From the NCBI GenBank assembly GCA_012026655.1, contig JAAILG010000673.1, positions 1 through 64,000 of the forward strand: a DNA stretch of 64,000 nt, in the 5' to 3' direction. Shown here in pieces: positions 62,112 through 64,000 of this stretch (positions are counted from its first letter, which is position 1; each line of letters opens with the position of its first letter). A program made the position numbers and the translations under genes. The stretch comes from Hydrolagus affinis (lineage: Eukaryota). The notes beneath the pieces are model-generated. The model was not told the origin of the DNA. It worked only from the letters and a program-made list of their open reading frames with translations, and ran no database searches.

Positions 62112-62336
62112 GGTTACCACCCCATAGTCCGAAGGTTCATTAGTCTGAACCCTAACCTTAACTCTATAGATGGAAACGTTCAGATTAACAAACCTTATTT
62201 AATTTTCGGTTCGGACTATCGAGCAGTAACGCCCCCTGGCTATCGCTGGTATAGGAAATTTGTTTGTTCGGACTATCGAACCTTCGGACTATCGACCCTT
62301 CAGACTATCAAACCTTCGGACTATCGAGTGCCCCCC
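62112..62336. mobile_element. Fold-back/MITE-like element with 16-bp subterminal repeats
   Basis: GTTAC...ATAGTCCGAAGGTTC at the left is the inverse of TTCGGACTATCGAGCAGTAAC (62210-62230). Four tandem TTCGGACTATCGAACC-type units lie at 62267-62327. Confidence 0.7.
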
Positions 62337-63467
62337 AGTGTGTATATGTGGCTGACTTCCCCTGTGTGTGTTGTGTGTGTGTGTGTGTGTGTGGCTAGCT
62401 TATTATGTAAACCCCTTCAGTGATGTTGAGAAGTTGCTAGTGATTATGGCTTCAAATGTAGGTTGGGGGGTGGGGTAGGGGTGGGGGTGGGGGTGAAGTT
62501 TGGAAACTCCACTGTCTGTACCCCGTAAAGTATATCCCTCAATGCAAATAAAGGTACGAGTGTCATTTTTACTCCAAACCATTTTTGCTATGTAAAATAT
62601 ATCATTTGCCCAGATGTGGCTTATGGAAAAATAACAATTTTTGTTATACCCACTTTAAGTCCCCGGGCTTCACTTTAAATTCGAGTCGATGGCGTGATTA
62701 TGACCACATTGTAAATGATTATTGTGCTGCCAAAAAAATCATATTGTGAAAACCCCACCAACGGCCCAAGTAAATTAATACACCTATTACACTGACACAG
62801 AGAGTTATTGAGCAGCTGTGTCAAGCTTTAATGTTAAACTGAGAGGAGAAGTGGATATTTCACTCACACATATGCAACGGCAGTGGAGCAGGAAGGTGCA
62901 GGGTTGGGGCGGAGTGGGGAGGGGTGGGGGTGGTTGTGGAAAGGGAATTTTTCCTCAGACACCAGGAACCCTTTTTGTATCCATAAGTAATTAACAACAG
63001 CGATAAAATTACATTTGTATAGCGCCTTTAATGTCGGGAGGCATCAACAACCTGGAAGGGTGGGTGAGGCTGGACTTATTGAAGAACCAGACCATTTGTA
63101 ATGGGAATTGTATTGTATTTGTATTGTTTTGGGAAAATGTCATTCAGCCAAACTTGTCTGTTCTCCGTTCATTACGAAAATTCAGTCACTACATTTTGTC
63201 AAGCACTCTGAGATGATTTCCCAATGTATCAGATGTAAAAATTGATATTAATATTATAAAGTATATAATAGGGGAAGCTCAAAAGTAATGTTTTGCCTCA
63301 AACGCACATCCATTGGGCAGCCACAACTAACAATCATCCCGTTAACCCTGCAAGCCAAAGCCTTGACAAGTAGCAAGAAGCTCGCCAGACAGTTTGGGCT
63401 GGTTAAACTCCAGCACTACCACAACGCACACTCTGCAGGCCCCACACACTAGGCACTTTCCAACCTA

Positions 63468-63572
63468 GCTTCACCCACAAATATACAGTCAATTCACTTT
63501 ACTGTATATTCTGTGAAGCACTTTGAGATGTCTAGAAGATGTGAAAAGTGCTATATAAAATGCAAGTATTAA
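63468..63572 (+). mobile_element. 5'-truncated SINE copy
   Basis: CACAAATATACAGTCAATTCACTTTAC...GATGTGAAAAGTGCTATATAAAATGCAAG. Confidence 0.82.
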
Positions 63573-64000
63573 TAGTACAGTAGTATTTTCTGGGATTTGA
63601 TAAGCAATGTGTATTTCTCTCTCCTTCCACTCCCCGCACACACACACACACACACATTGGGTTGAGAGTTTGCACTCTGCACCAGTCAATGGGAAATTTT
63701 GCATAAATTGATGGAAGTCTCAGTCTGGTTTGGATTCCCTTAAGCATAGCTTCCATCCAACATATTCCCTTTACAGTATATCCTCTGAAGCACTTTGAGA
63801 CCTCTGAAAGCAAATATCAAAAGATACTACATCAAATGCAAATATTATTGTTATCATTGCACACAGCTTACGTGTATATCAGACAACCGACTGCCCAAAA
63901 TAATTATCTTTGAACTTCCCTTCCATCGAGATGGATATAAATAATTTGACACATTTACAACACGTGCAAATGGTGAACACTCACCCTTCTCCATTAGGAT

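Noticed and set aside
62267-62327. CRISPR array or iterons
   Set aside because: The units are head-to-tail with no spacers and are better explained as transposon subterminal repeats.
42014-64000. ETNK exon 4 with the CHNDL motif
   Set aside because: I scanned by eye for HND-encoding sequence in a suitable context and found none. It probably lies beyond the window, though a miss is possible.

Overview
This is eukaryotic (vertebrate) genomic DNA, not prokaryotic. The repeat content (Deu-domain tRNA-SINEs, L2 and CR1 LINE 3' ends, a Penelope-type fragment) points to a cartilaginous fish, probably a holocephalan (inference). The only gene I can support is the 5' part of a + strand ethanolamine kinase (ETNK family) gene, with coding exons at 289-420, 33267-33526 and 41867-42013. 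Intron 1 (32.8 kb) has a GC donor, intron 2 is 8.3 kb, and intron 3 runs past the window end; I found no exon with the CHNDL catalytic motif. The rest is intronic and rich in transposon fragments. Points worth a second look: a degenerate minimal hammerhead ribozyme, a mosaic SINE family with two subfamilies, SINEs nested antisense into each other, a hAT-like TIR element, a fold-back element and repeat-poor enhancer-like islands. The protein may be a third vertebrate ETNK paralogue. Nearly all other ORFs in the track are spurious. Repeat boundaries are approximate and were read by eye. I found no clearly new multi-gene system.
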